DNA from: Balanoglossus misakiensis
Taxonomy: Eukaryota > Animalia > Hemichordata
Assembly (NCBI GenBank): GCA_040954595.2
Contig: CM082581.2
Location: 10,849,099-10,913,098 of the forward strand
Length of the DNA: 64,000 nucleotides
Direction: 5' to 3'
Under the pieces are notes generated by a model. It did not search any database. It saw nothing but the letters and a program-made list of their open reading frames with translations, and was not told where the DNA came from. This document shows positions 17,979 to 32,900 of this stretch, one piece after another. The position numbers and the translations under genes were made by a program. The stretch's first letter is position 1, and the number at the start of each line of letters is the position of its first letter.

Positions 17979-20900
17979 CGCAGCCTTGGTAAGGTCAGGT
18001 CCATGGGCGACATGGATACAGTTTTGAAATCACTGTGCATTGACGCGAAGAGGAATGCAAGGAATAAGTAGTCCAGTAAAGAATGCCTTGCCTGTTGCCA
18101 TGGTTGCAGTCCCAGGGAGTCTACATGAGTTGCTATAGCAGCACCACCCCCAACAGAGAACCCTAACAGTCGGAGTGCAGCGATGTGTGGCCTCGAAAGG
18201 TGCAGAGATTTCTCTTGCCTTGGACGTTGGTGGGGCTGTCCTAATCTGCCTAACTTTGACCATAGACTTTAGGATCTATGCTTTGACCTTGATATATTGC
18301 AAAACCAGGTCACTCGACCGCCGCCATTTCATCACGTAGTTTATTGCGCAGCTTGTTGATCAAGTTGCAAGTTATTCAAAGCAGTGTGTAAAAATAGCTC
18401 GAGAAACATGTCTGGGTACATATTTGTGTGCAAAAACAACACTATATACTGCAGTTAGCAGAAAAAATGGCTGCGGAGCTTCTAATTATTTTTCACAATT
18501 TGTGCAAGGAATTCGGTTAAGTGTATCATGGAAGAAATGCTGACATAAAAACTTTGTGAACTCTGAAAGCCTTTTGTCAAACCAAAAGGGTCGTCAATGA
18601 AAGAAATGATTGGGACTGTTCTGTTTGGATATAAGCACTTTTTACACTGTCAACAATTTACTAAAACATTGTGATGTAATTTTGCAAATTACATGATTGA
18701 TTAATTATATTTGAAATAATTGGCACGAAATAAAGATTATAAACAACTTTATGGAAAGTTTACATTTGATACATTTTTTGAAGGTTTACATTTGATACAC
18801 TTTTGTAATAAAAAAGGTGATGAAATGACTCTGAAGGTGTTTGTTCTTATTCTTCTGAGAAAACCCAATAAATTCTGCAGCAAAATGTCTGCTTTGCACC
18901 GAAGTAGTTCACATTGCAACACGACACGTATGTGGACTTGACACGATTGTGATACAAATACTTTGAATAGCATTCAAGGTGGCCCAGGATTGAACTGTCC
19001 ATGCCCTTTGTGCAAAGTGTAATCTTGAGATTTCTTACCGCATTGATACCGGTATGTAGAATGTTGGTGTGGGGTGGAAGCCTTTCTTTAAGTGTTTGCT
19101 TTTCTTTTCCCCGACAATGCGAATAAACAAGGTGGTTGTGACATCATTCTTGGCATTGGTTCATAACTATGTGCTAGAAACCTAAAAATCAGGCAAATGG
19201 AAAAACTTCAAAATTGCAATATCTAAGGGCTTTTCAGTGCTACAAATCATCCAAGTTTGATTTATTTCCTACTGGTTTAACCTTAATCTGTCAACTATGG
19301 TGACGGCCATTTGCAAGTGTCAGGGTATTACCAAGGTATTTTGAAGTGTAGCAAATACACAATCAAATATTTTGTGCCTGGTTTCTGATTTGTTATTTAT
19401 GCAACAACCTTGAAAAAAATATTACTGGTGATCTGTTCACTGTTTTATCTCTTTCTGATTCATTTGTAACACAAATTATTTTGTTTTATTTCAAATATTT
19501 TGCGTCAGTTGTAATGAGGTGTAATTTTGTTTGAAATGAGTTGTTACTCAAAGGCACCTTGTTCAACTGGTTGCTGATAGTCTTCAATGGATTATCCGCT
19601 CTTTTACTGACCATTCTGTGATTTATTGATCACCAGTAAAACTTGTACTGGCCGACCGCAAATGCTTCACAGCCTTGTTGTACACCGGCATTGGTTTTTT
19701 AATGGCTGCCTCGTAAAATTTCTATCTCAAGACTGGTGCACTGGGGACAGACGTGGCCTGACGTTCTTTTTATAAGTGGAAACGAGAGGTTCGTGTTTTT
19801 CTGGTCCATTGGCAGGCGCCAGGGGTCACCGTTTCCTTGCCATTTGCGGCAGTCAACAAGACCGTAATTGCATGCATGGGTTTCACTCCTGTTCTGGTAA
19901 CCGGAGATACTACCCGCTTGATACTTCCATCTGGAATGTGCATGGCTGCGGATGGGGAGTGCACATCCTTTGCGTCATTGGTGGGAGGGTATTTAATCGG
20001 AATGGTATACACGGCGCGATGACTGGCCTGGCAGCATTTGCAGATAATCAACTGAATTAGAAGATCAGAGTTTGGAATTCTGACATGGGACAAACAACTT
20101 TCTGGGGTTAACAACTGTGCTGTGCGACCTCCTTTCTGTTTTTAGTTTCTCCTGACTTCATTACTTTGACGAGGTTTGACCTTTCATTCACATCCAATTT
20201 CAGTGACCAATGTTTGCTGTTTCAATCAATTATATAGGTACATCAAAGCAGACTTGTCTGCTCTCCCACAAAACAAAACATTAAAATATTTTATTTTTCA
20301 TATTTTGTAACTCAAACATATCATGTATAGCTATGCAAATAAAATTGAATTAAAAAAGTGCCATTTTCCTAGCTTGTAAAATAGTTTTAAATTTGCTCAT
20401 ATGTGTTTGCCAGTTGTAGGACTTGTACTTTCTATATTGTGCATGTTATGTATGGTTGATAAAAAAAATTTAAAATCTCCCCATGAGGGCGCTACACAAA
20501 AAGCCAATATATTTGTTCGCTTGGCCTGATAAGGTCATACAAGGGGCATTGTTGCATTGCTAATGTGCCACGACCTAGTTGGCAGTCGTTGGCACAGTCT
20601 TAAATATTCATGCAGGCTGTGATTCGATATGTGGTATTGCTATGCAAATGTATTTTCCCTAAATTCCCCAACCCCAAATAAATTATCACTGATTCAGTTA
20701 GCAGACATGAATAAAAATACCCCTTGAAACTCACCATTTGGTCCTCTGAAAAGGAACTAAAAAGAACTAGATCAATTATGCAAATTATATGAATGTAGGA
20801 TATATGTACACTGGGTTGTTTGTCAATTTGATGTATTATAATTCAGCATTCGTTTTATCAGTATGAGATATATACTTTGCAATTTTAAAGCTAAATTATA

Positions 20901-23900
20901 TGTGATATGGTAGTAGAGAATAGTTGCACAAAAAATATAACTTGCATTTGCTGTGCAAATTTAATCTAACTGAACAGTGGGCAATCGATCATGCACATTG
21001 GCGTCTGCTGTGATAGTGTATAGCGATGGCGTCAACTGTTTTTCAGTGCAGCACGCAGGGCCATTAGTTCAGTTTCCAACAAGACTGTTTGAATAGAAAC
21101 GAAGCTTATTTCATTACAGGACACTGGCGCAGAAAGGGGAAATGCTCCAGGGTTGCAGTTGACATTGCTGCCACGTCTTGCAAAAAAAAAAAAAAACATC
21201 TCCCCACATTTCTTCTTCAGCTGAACTGTTTTTGTATAATTTAATCAAAACAACAGGGCTGTGTGACATACATTCTGGTTTCCATGGAAAAGCGTGCATA
21301 CAATTATTGGATAATGTTGCAATCATCCATTTATTATCACCATGCTGTCAGATTTGTTAAGAATAAAATCTTAATAGAATAAATACATATTGTTTTGCGT
21401 TTTTTATCTGACTAAACTGGACCCTTTGTCCTCGATTTTATTTTTATTCTCTGTAATAATTTTTTCCTGAAATAAAATGGCATGTCATGAACACAGTAGA
21501 GTACTGCACGACACAAAGAAAAATGTTAATGTAATTTTTATGCATAATAGACTCAAACAGTCTTAATTCAGTTTGAGTTTAAGATCACAATTGTTTGTTT
21601 GTTTGTTAGATCCTAGGCTTGTTTGTATTTAATAACATGATTAAAATACTGAATATGATCATGAAAATGACATTGGCAATATAAATCATCACCATTGCCA
21701 TGGCAGCAATCAGGGACATGGAGTTATCATGTTTGGTCAGATCCATGAATATTAGGTCAAGGTCACTTTAAGTACAAAAGGGAAAGTGACGTCACTCATA
21801 GGGAACCTTCAAAATTATTTATTGAAAAAAAAATGGAAAATTGTCCCTGCCGAAAACAATGGTCTGAAAACAGCAGTGTTTATTTTTAAGGACAGCACAT
21901 GGGAGACAATACCACTGAGAAGAAATCAGAATGAATCATGGGATATCTCCAGTACTGTGCAGTCTGCAACAAATTATTGTTTTTTTCAGTTGATTTTCCC
22001 CCGTAATTTACAAACTTTGCCACAGTAACCATGTATATGCCCCAGCAGAATGAATTTATCCACTTTATTGGCGATTCTTGGAGCTTGTCTGCTCTCTAAG
22101 TGCCTTGGCAGGGTCTAATGAAATCAGGTCGAAGTTCACTTCTTTGTTGGGTATTGCTTTTGTCGAAAATTGTAATTGCTGCTGGGTTTTGTGGAAAATT
22201 GCAGACGTGAGAGTGATGAGGCCATTTGTCGTCGAAGAAAAAAAAACCAAGCAATTTTCAGGGCCTGCTGGGGAAAGTGCCGTCGGACATTTTCAAGAAG
22301 CTTGATGATGTGTTGTAGCTTGTTAATTTCCTCTGTCCCACCAATCCCCCTTACTGTTTCTCATTTCTTTAAGTGCATTTGGCTAATGAAGCAACATGTG
22401 TCTGACCTTCGTATTGGACATCAATTATTTTCACACCGCACAGCGATCAATCCACTTGTCTCTTTCCTTAATATGATTGCATTCAACGCTGTCTGCTTTA
22501 AAACCAATTTTAATACCTATAGCAGTTTGATAATCACATTTGATCATAAAATTTGAAAGAAAAATCTCACTTAGATGGGAAACATTCATTTTCTTGTGAA
22601 TGCTGTATAATAACAATTAAACACTTTAATAAATCAGTAAGTTTGGGATGTATGCATTAATTTTCTGGATTCACTGACACACATGAGTGTGATATTTGTC
22701 AAAAATGTGCAGTAGAAACTGCCTGTCCAATCTCATGATTTCTGGCACAGCGAAGGTGAATTTGCAGATTTTGTGGGAAATGTAGATAAAAAGTCAATAA
22801 AATCAAGGTATTGTGCCCAATTTTGCTTTTGTCTAGTCTTGTACTTGTAATATGGTTGTTAAAAGACTAACAAGTGTATGTGCACAATTATGAGGAAGGG
22901 GTGTCATTGAACATCTCATTACGGAACTAATCCTTTTGCTGATATATTGTGAAAAAGCCCCCCCCCCCCCTCCCCCCATCACCACGAGTCCTGCAGCAAA
23001 GGTTAAACACTATGTTGCCACATTGAAATAACTCCCTTCATCTTTTGTTAGTTCATGCTAATGAGGTTCTAAGTTTTGTGATTCAATATGTCATCCTTGA
23101 GATGCAGCGTCAAAAGTTTTTATGAGATTGTCTGGAACAAACAGAGAGAGAGAGGGGGGGGGGGGGGGAGAGTAAGCGTCCTGTTTCTATTGACCTTGCA
23201 TGAGGAAATCAAAGAGAGATTGAAATCGGATATGCAGACCCTAAATTGCGTCCATCATCTTCCTCAAGGATGTCATTAACATATCCGTATCAGGAATGAT
23301 ACTGGGATTGGTGTACATGGTTTCGTTAACAGGTTGATAATGCTTTTACACATAGAGATTTATTGCACATGATGGAGTTAATAATTCTATTCTGTGTTAT
23401 GTTTTGTTCTGGTGAACTTTGTAATTAAGAGCTGGAAATTTGATTCTGTATTGATTTAAGTGCAGGCAAAATTTGCCATATAATGGCTTGAAAATTTAAA
23501 GACTTAGTTTTTCTTCTCCTCGTCTTGGGTAACTGACCTAGTTGCTTAGAATAAAAGGTGTTCATTAAGAAAATGGTGACATGATACGTTACAGCCATTT
23601 TTAACAATTTGCTTTTCATTCGATTCTTAATGTCAACCGTTAAGTAAAACTGTTTTATCGAGAGTATAATTGCATATAAAACCTTGCAAGTAATGAATTA
23701 CCATATTTGCACAGGAAATATCAAAGACATGTAGTGAACAATATCACTTCAAAACAAAAAGTTCCTTTTTGCACTCTCAAAAGTCATATTTTTTTAACCT
23801 TTCCTTTTTTTGTAGGTTGATAAACTTTGTGTTGTTCTTTTGATGTTGTTGTTGTTGTTTGCTTATCCTTGTAAGTATCTGATTTCTTTGTCTGTTTTAG

Positions 23901-26900
23901 ACGTCTGGCTGCAGTGTTTCCGTGACAGGCTGAGATTAGTCTTTGATTTGTTAGGTAGCTAACTCTGAAGGACATCAATTATTGCTTTATTAGCTCTGGT
24001 TAGCTTTAAGAAAGCCTGCATGTTTAATATCATTAAAACAATCTCATGTATGAGATGTCCTTGCTTCAGTCATTGAACCAAACCCTGGGAGGTTTGTTCA
24101 ACTGTTTATAGGATGATGGGGAAGGGCAGGTGGTTTGATATCAGAGGGACAATGACTCAGAGAATATTTCTGTTATTCTGCAACAAGAGGAGGCCGTAAC
24201 TTTTTTGTATGGTTGTAAAAATTACAGATATCTCTTCTCGATTCGAAACGTTTAAGAGTATTTGCTGTGGCATGGTTTTAGATTGAATGAGTTAAGCACA
24301 AGCACATAAACGGGGTATTACTCCCCCCTCCTCCCGGTAAAGCCTTCTGATCGATCACAGTTTATCCTTCCTTTATTCCATTCACTCTGTTACATGGAAA
24401 CCGTTTCCAAGTGCTGAGAACTTTGCGTATACGAGAATGCAGAAGAGCTGGCTAGTTGCCATGCGGATCTTATCTGCAACTAAAAAGAGATGATGTACTG
24501 AAAGGCTATAAATATCTAATGTTATTTTTGAGTGCATGATAAAAAAATCTTAGACACAACTCTAGCTATGGTTAGGTACTTGGATGGCTTTGCAGGTCAA
24601 CTTTGAAATTTTGGATCATTTAATAACATTTTGTATCATAAGGAACAAATGATGCAAAGCTAACTAAAATATAAAGGCAATTGAACACATGCATTTGTCA
24701 ACAAGCATAAAGGAGTACTCCACCTGGACATGCAGACAGCTAGTCTAACATTATTTTTTGTTTGCACAGACAGATTGTAAAGTACTGCGTGAATCTTGCA
24801 TAACATGGTGTCCTTGTCAGGTGACATGACATGTGGGATTGTGGGCTTTGGCGCAAAGGGATTGTGAAGCTCACATGTTTGGACCAATGATGCTTTTAAA
24901 CTAAAGGCACTTGGAAACAATAGCATGCAACAAGTACTTGAATTAGCCAATGTGAATAATCCCTGTGGTGCGCGGCATGTATCTGAATGTGAGAACTGAA
25001 CACTGCCTGGGTATTAGTGAAGATCACAACATTGCCAGTTTGATTTTGCAAATTAGATAGATTGATGGACGCGTGTTTGGTAGCTCTGGCCGGTCGCTAG
25101 CTGCTGAGCAGCAAAAACCGATGGCTTAAAGGGATTTCTTATCGCTTGCAAATTATTGTTAGACCCTAAATGGGATTACACTCAGCCGCAGGGCCACTTT
25201 AGAAACAGGTAGATGTATTTTCTCAAATTGACTTGAATGTCAAAGACTGACCAATTATCTGACAAGTATAGGGCGGTTCGCATTAGCATATGGTTTTATT
25301 AGCACACGTTGTAGTGTGCGCCATTATAAATCTTACATTTCTTGTTAAACTGGGGAGGATATTTGCCTTGTGATAATCAGGCATGTAGTTTGCACACCTT
25401 GGTAACCCAATCTTTGTACGTACTACATCCTCATGGTTCAGCCATCCATCGTGCTGAGTCAGCATTATTGCCATGTGATCCCAACCATTTGTCACTAGTC
25501 TTTGACAGAAACAGGTAATCAGGATGCATGCATTATAAACAGCGAGCGATCAATGACCTTTCTTTGGACAGTCAGTCAATCTGCTGAGATCCAGGGTCCG
25601 TACTGGCCCGGCCAGTAGTCGACTCCAGGTTTCTGCCACCACATGCACTAGCTGATGGGTTTGTGGTTTGTCATCGCTATGTTCCAGTCTTATGTGTGAT
25701 ACTGTTAATTTAATCGTGAAAATTCCCAAAAATTCAAACAACTGAATTAATAAAATGGGTCGAGAAGCGAAAGAAAAATGGCCGTTTGATAATTGTATCA
25801 ATGATATATATTTTTTATCCTCTGAGAATTAACATGTGGAAATTGTGGAAAACTGCTTCTGATAGGGACAGTCTGTCGCCAGGATAAATGCCTGTGTGTA
25901 AATAATCAGGTATTAAATGTACACAATGAGGAAATGTTCTCAACAGTAAAGTCATGCAGGCTGCAGCTTGTGTTTGGTTTGGGTAGAATTAATGGCACCT
26001 CTCTGTCTTGGACAGGAGTGGGTTATTTGTAAATGGTTTTCCCATAATTTCCTACAAGGATTCTAATCACTTATCATGGTTGCTAAGAAGAATTGCTATT
26101 AAAGTCAGTGAAAGTTTTTTTATTATCTTTGAATGAGAAGAAACAGATAACGCACGTACCATATAGAAACTTGCGGACTTCAATTTCTTGCACCTTTGCA
26201 AGGCGAGTGATATATGTCACAGATATGTAACTTTATTTCAAAACGTGTTGGTTCTTGTAAACATGCGCTGAATTTGCTTGGAACTTCCAGTCGTTTGAAT
26301 TAGCATTTACCATGCACCTTGCACAATACAGAAGACTGAAGTGGTAGTTTAGGGTGGGGGGGGGGGAGAAATTGACAGCCTTAGATTCCACTAAACTCAA
26401 GGATGGCTGTTACCCCAAAGCAAGCAGGGGTGGAGCATTTTATCCTTGATCACAAGGATGCAACAGCAGAAAATTTGATGGAAGGTAATGGGTATACCTT
26501 AGTATATACTCTCCATTGAAAAAAAATCTACAATGCTATAAGGTCATTATAATCAGGTCATTCACCCTAGTGTAATTAATTATTCATCAGAAATCCTGGG
26601 TCAGCGATAGAGTACACCTTCAGAATGTCAGTGTGTGTGTTTTAGGAGGCAATTATCTGCCAGAGTTTTTTCGTATCATTGATTCTACAGTTCAGTATAT
26701 AGCCACAACATCTGCAGGTGACATATTTGACAGAGTTAAAAATCTTTTACTGCTGGAAAATAAAGAAAAACCTCAGTGTACTCAACTTCATTTTGTTAAA
26801 ACTCAACTTGATATTTTTCTGTATAAATTACATGAATTTCAATGGCATTTTTGCAACTCTGACTAGTATAGCCTCAAATTCTACCATTTGAAATAAATCT

Positions 26901-29900
26901 TTGATAAAAAAAGCATATATACTTTGATGTTCCCAAGTTATAGGAATTTGTAAATGTTAAAATCATTGATCGGTGTCATTCTACTTCACACACATCTGTT
27001 TATAGATTTGAAAAATACAAATAAATCAGATATCCTAATTTTTTTGTTGATCAGTTTATTTTCACTGCTACCTTCACACACGTTTGTTATTCATAGCTGT
27101 TTAACGCACCGAATTTGATGAATCTTTTCCCACCATCTACGCCAGTCTGCATGGTATTCAAATTTTTCCATATAATTGCCGTCAATGTCACTGCAAGTTA
27201 ATTTGAAAGTCAGCGCGTGCAGGCCCATATCCCATTCGGCATTGTCTCATGGCAGCGAGAATTGTTTGGCAATCACTTTTGTCTTAGGGATTAACCGTCT
27301 AAACTGTTCTTCTCCATTCCATGCAAGATTTATGGCCCAGTCTGAAGCATCAAGGCTAGAACTCCATGCCCATGATGCAGTGTGTGGGCTATCACTCCCT
27401 AGCTGCATGATCAGTGGGTGACTGACCCCTCCCCCCTCCCATACTGAGAGGGGGTTGCATGCATGCTTCCTGCGCATGGCTGGCCCAGAGTGCTTTGTTT
27501 TCAAAACACCAGTAAGCAGCTGTAAATATCACAGATGTAATTTCTCTGTACTGCAATAAAAAAATGCTCAAGGCAGACAAAAAAAGTTGAATTTTTGTCT
27601 TTTATTCATTAAAATATGTTGAATGCATTAATTGCTGTTTGTGTGGGCTTATAATTTCTTCCAAGAAAGTCAGTTTGATGCCATTTGATTTGAAATCAAC
27701 TTCCATTACATGTCATGCAGTACATTGGAAATTTAATTTATCCTCATTTATCACGTCTAGTGATCTTTTTCTATCAAAAAAAGTGAAAAATTTTGAAAAG
27801 CTTCTGTCATATGAAAGATTCAAAAGCTATATGCAGCAGGTTTTGAAGAAAAGTTGCAGAAACTGAGGCACAGTAAGACTTACATTGCGGCACTTTGTTT
27901 AATTACTGCTCCCTGGTGATGTCTGTCCACTCATCTGGAGGTCACTGACCCCCTGGCTATCTTTAGCCAGCACTAATTAAAACTGCACTCATAATCGGGC
28001 TGGTAGGTGACTTATGTCCACAGTGCAGTGGACATGTGATCATGATGGACACTGCATGGCCGTCTCATGACCACAACCGAGTGCTAGCTGCTCTACCTTT
28101 ATTTGTGTTGAACCCTATATTTTACATAGACTTGCATAATTGTCCAATTTCCCATGAAAGTTTTTTTTCACTACTCAGTCATAGGATTATAATCTTGAAT
28201 GGGAAATGCATGCTTTCAATTAGTTAATTTGATGTTCAGTAAATTTCCCATGGATAAAGTTTTGTGAATTTTAAGGAATCAACTCTTGTTTAATTTGTTG
28301 TAGGTAGGTAGTGAATAAGAATTTTGTATTGAATGTTTGCTGCACCAAATTAATGCTATATATTAAATTAAAAAAAGAAACAGTAAAGAAATCATTTTGT
28401 GCTGTTTAGTTTTGAAAGAATGGAATTAAATGCACATCGAAAAACTTGATGGCACTATTTTGGAGGAAGATAAATGCTGCGGCTGATGCAACAAGATTGA
28501 TGGTTTTGTACGTTTTGCATTCCCATTCTTGGCCAACAATAACAGATGTAATGTCCGCACCTTTAAAGGCAAAAATGATGCAACAGGAGAGGATTGAAAA
28601 AAAACAAGATTTGTATACTGCCTTGACTTAAAATCTGACCTGACGCTGAATATAATTAGACCCGAGGCTCCCAGGCCAGACGCATGCACTGCACACATGG
28701 TGCAGTAGACCCTTAAAAAAATTGTGCATTTTCATTGGCTGTTTCGTGGCATGGGCTGATCGCTTCCAACCAATCGCTGGGGAATTCTCAAATAGCCTGC
28801 TCATGGTCATGGTCACGTAGACTATGATGAACCCCAGGAGAAAAATGTAAAATATTATCTATGGAGAATTTGTCAACAATTTCTTGTATAACAGAGTGAA
28901 ATTATTACCAATATAATATGTCATGTTATGAATTCTTTCTGTTAAATCAAGTGTGAGCCAACTAGACAAATGGTAAATTCACGCACAGCTAAGTATATAT
29001 GTATAATATTATCAAAACTTACACATGATCACCTTAATAATTGGTTATTTTGCAGCGTCAAATCTTCATATGGGTTGCACACATGATTGCCAGACAGAAT
29101 ATTTGGCAAAAATATCCTGTGGATCATTCTTAGTTGTTTGTTTGCTTGTGTGTGTGTGTGTGTGTATGTGTCTCTCTCCCCCTCTGTGCGGAAAAAGCTC
29201 AAAAGTTAACAAAACAAGAGTATATTTATTAAGATATAGACAAATGCCATTTTCATATGTACATGTACCTTGTTTTTCACCAAGCGGCAGGTTTTGCATA
29301 ATATTATCTGTTAAAAGGACTCCACATCAAAAGGACGTTGACTCCACATCTATTGATTGACAGAGGATCATTGACATTGTTGGTGATTCCCTTTGGTGCT
29401 ATATATCCCATGATGCACTGTGGATTTCACCAGACATAGAAAACAAGCTAATTGACCTTAGAAATGACCTTGTAGTGCATAGTTCCAAGCCATGGTAGTC
29501 ATATACCCTGGGTCTTGAGTTCCAATCCCAAGTACAGCCTCAAGCTGCTTGAATGCCCCACAGCATGCACTATCATTAGAATGAAACTATTCTGTCACTT
29601 GTATTCTGTCACTGTTTAAAGCAAGAATTTTTTTTTACATTCTATCGTCAATTAAAGGCACAATATTTTGTCTTTATCCTTGCAAACGAAGACAGTACAG
29701 TATTTCTTTTCATCTAGTTCGTGACCACCTTTGGTGTTATTGAGTGATTGCTGGTCATCAAAAGGACACGTCCCTTCCTTGCTTTTTTCCTCATTCTGAT
29801 CACCACTGCTTCACGTGGTGTTGCATCACCCTGACCTGGTGTACGTGCACATGCTCACCCAAAGTGCAGAGGATCTGTTGGCAATCTCAGCATTTTGTTG

Positions 29901-32900
29901 TATGGTTTAACGACAGACCACTCAAGAAGGCCCGAGTCAACTCCTAGTGTCAGCTGTCTGGAATATCTGACCAAATGTTCAACTTAATGAAGCCCCTTTT
30001 AGGCAACATAATAGTATGGAATAGGTTAGGTACACAAACACAAAATTTCACAAACTTGTAAAACTTGAAATGTTTGAAAAAAAGTGTAGTTGTTGTTTTT
30101 TTTGTTTTTTTTAGAAATTCAGTCATCTCAACCAGAATGAAGGAAATAATTGTTTAATTATACTGTAAATAGCCAAAAAGGATGTATTATTTCGATGAAA
30201 GAATGATTTTTGGTCTAAAGACACTTTTTGTCACAAAACGATTGTATGCAAAATATCTTAGTCATTTCCCATTAATTTTCATGTGTAGTGACCGTGTTTT
30301 TCATGCTGTATTTCCTGAGGTGAGGTCATGGTATTCTCCCTCAATGTCACTTCACACTCACCACTCCTGCTTCACGTGTTATTACATCAGCCAGACTGAC
30401 TTTGTAACATGTTAGAGGTTATGAGCATGTCTCTTATTTTACCCGACAGGCCAGCAGAGCAGAAAAATGGACAAAAACTGCAAAAGGGGAGAGGGCATGG
30501 AAGAATCCATTGGAAACAATATTGATCGATTTGCCAGATTTGCATCCCTCGAGATCTTGGTGATCACTCCCTGAGCGTGTGCTCACACCTCACCCCCCTG
30601 CTTTTGCGACAACAGTGGAATATCCCAAACTTTAATAACAAATGGTTATATTGGAAGCAATATCAAACCTAAGGGAAGGATGCTTCTGAAGGTCCCCCAG
30701 TTGCCCTTGACCGTGCCGTCTGTACAGAGATGCGTCTCAGTTCAATGTTCTGAACTTGATATCAGCTGATTTCACCGTGTTTGTCAGCATGGTGAATGCA
30801 TGCATAGCTCATATCCAGCAGCTTTGATGAGCCGCCCCTTGCAGTCAAGTTTTAATACGTCATTCAACCAGACTGCAAACAGAAAACAAATCAGTTTGGC
30901 GTTCTGTTCTTATATAAAAGAAAACGGTAAATTGGGAGTTATTGACATTTTCCATTAAGAATGAGTAAAACTGCATTCAACTAGTGTCTTTCAGTTGCAG
31001 ATTTCAAAGTGTATTATATTTGTAAATATCAAAGAGTTACTTGTACAAATAAAGAATTTAAGCGTCTAACACTAGATCAATATTGTGTCACACTGTTTTC
31101 ACTTATAAGGGATATAGTACTTTTTCCCCACTCATTTTGCACTTTTCCAGTTTCTGAAAATCTGTCAGCAGTTCTGACAAGCCTCGATTAATTCTGCACA
31201 GATCAATACCAGTCAAAAGTGATTCTGCATTGTTTTTCTTTACAACAAAATAGGTGTGCAACCTTATACAAACACTAACAATTGCAGTCACTTTTAACTG
31301 TTAAAAAAATGATAAACCCTAAAAGGAAAATTTATCCTTTATCAGTTGATATCTTACTCTGAGGTCAGCAATTTTGAGCCCCAATTGTCAACGGTATTTC
31401 CTAAATCTTTTCCCAGAGTATCATTCTTTTTCCTTTCACTTTCTATATAATTTCAAGGCAATGAAGTCCTATTGGCATCCCATCCCCAAACTATTGAAAA
31501 CCACACCCATTGTAATATCCTTGAACATGCTCTGCATAAATGTACATATAATAACCATATGTTTCTTCTGTCTGAGCTGTTTTTGTATGTTGATCAGCCA
31601 GGTCCTTGGGAAATGTTAAATGTGCAGGGCAAGTAGGTTGGATGTTGTCTGAAATTCTTGTTTTAACAAAATAGTCAGCAACATTTCTTAGCTACAGTTT
31701 AAATTTAATATTTTCTTACAGCTGCCCTGAGATCTACACCAGTCACGTTCACAATCACCCACAATTCCCCTGCCAAACTGTCTCCGCTCCTATTTCCATG
31801 CAAATTAGGCAGAACCTTGAGGAATATGAATATGCAAGGCGTGTTTGCCACCCCAGCTCAATAAAGTCATCAACCTGAAGCCTTGAATATCTCTACCAAA
31901 AGATTATCACCTGGACAGGAATCGCCCAGATGCTAAAATGCAAATAAACAAAGTGAGAATTGTTGGGGTTTGGGCTGTCGAACTAATATATTTCTGAATC
32001 TTTTCAATCAACAGTTTTGAGGGTCAATATGATGCTTTGGTTAAATATTGGCCTTTTCTGCTAAATATTGTTTAACCAGTTAGCAGATAACATCACTAAT
32101 TTTGAATCATTTGGATGCGCAAGTGGCAATGATCTTTGACTCACAGGTGTTCACCTGCTGAGGACACAAGGCAAGACAGAAATTTTTGATAGAGACCAAC
32201 TTAATTAAGCTGCCTGAGATAGCAAGCATCTCTCTCTCTCTCTCCCTGTGAAATATTACACACAGTAGCCTTGGAAACTACTTAGCAGGGTACTTGTGCC
32301 AACATGTGCAAGGTCTAACACAGTCAAATTTGTGAACATGCACGCATGTTTATATCAGCATGTATATAACTTTTATATCAGCCACTGTCAGCTAATTAAA
32401 TACAGAAGGTATTGGTCTTTTGCGAGTATTGAAAATTGATGAGTTTCCCAATTGTATTTTATCATAAACTATTTTTGATGTTGCTCTTTCAAATGCAGTC
32501 TTAACCTGATCAAATGGATAAAGACTGTATCTGAAAAAACATCTCTGCTATTGCAAATAATAGTAGAGTGAAGTTAACTCTTCTTCAGTTCTTTTAAGGA
32601 TCACTAATTGCCACAGGAAAGTTTTGATTTTAATGATGGTGTGATTTTAATGGCTAAAAGATCAATTGGTATAAATTGATGGTCAACAATGGTGGGAAAT
32701 AATAACACATGCCACTATAATCCCATTCAGGGTTATAATCAATGGACTTGAAGGCCTGTGACCATCCATAGTGAAGAGGTGGCGTGTTTGTATATGGCCC
32801 TATCCTGAGCTTGAATTGCATTATAATTAAATGACTATACACAGTACATACAAATCATGGTATTGTCCTTGCTATTAAGAGCAACAATATCAGCATTTTA

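Noticed and set aside
22958-23168. Poly-C and poly-G tracts (also 26353-26366) as G-quadruplex elements
   Set aside because: They are simple homopolymers, common in such genomes, with no further support.
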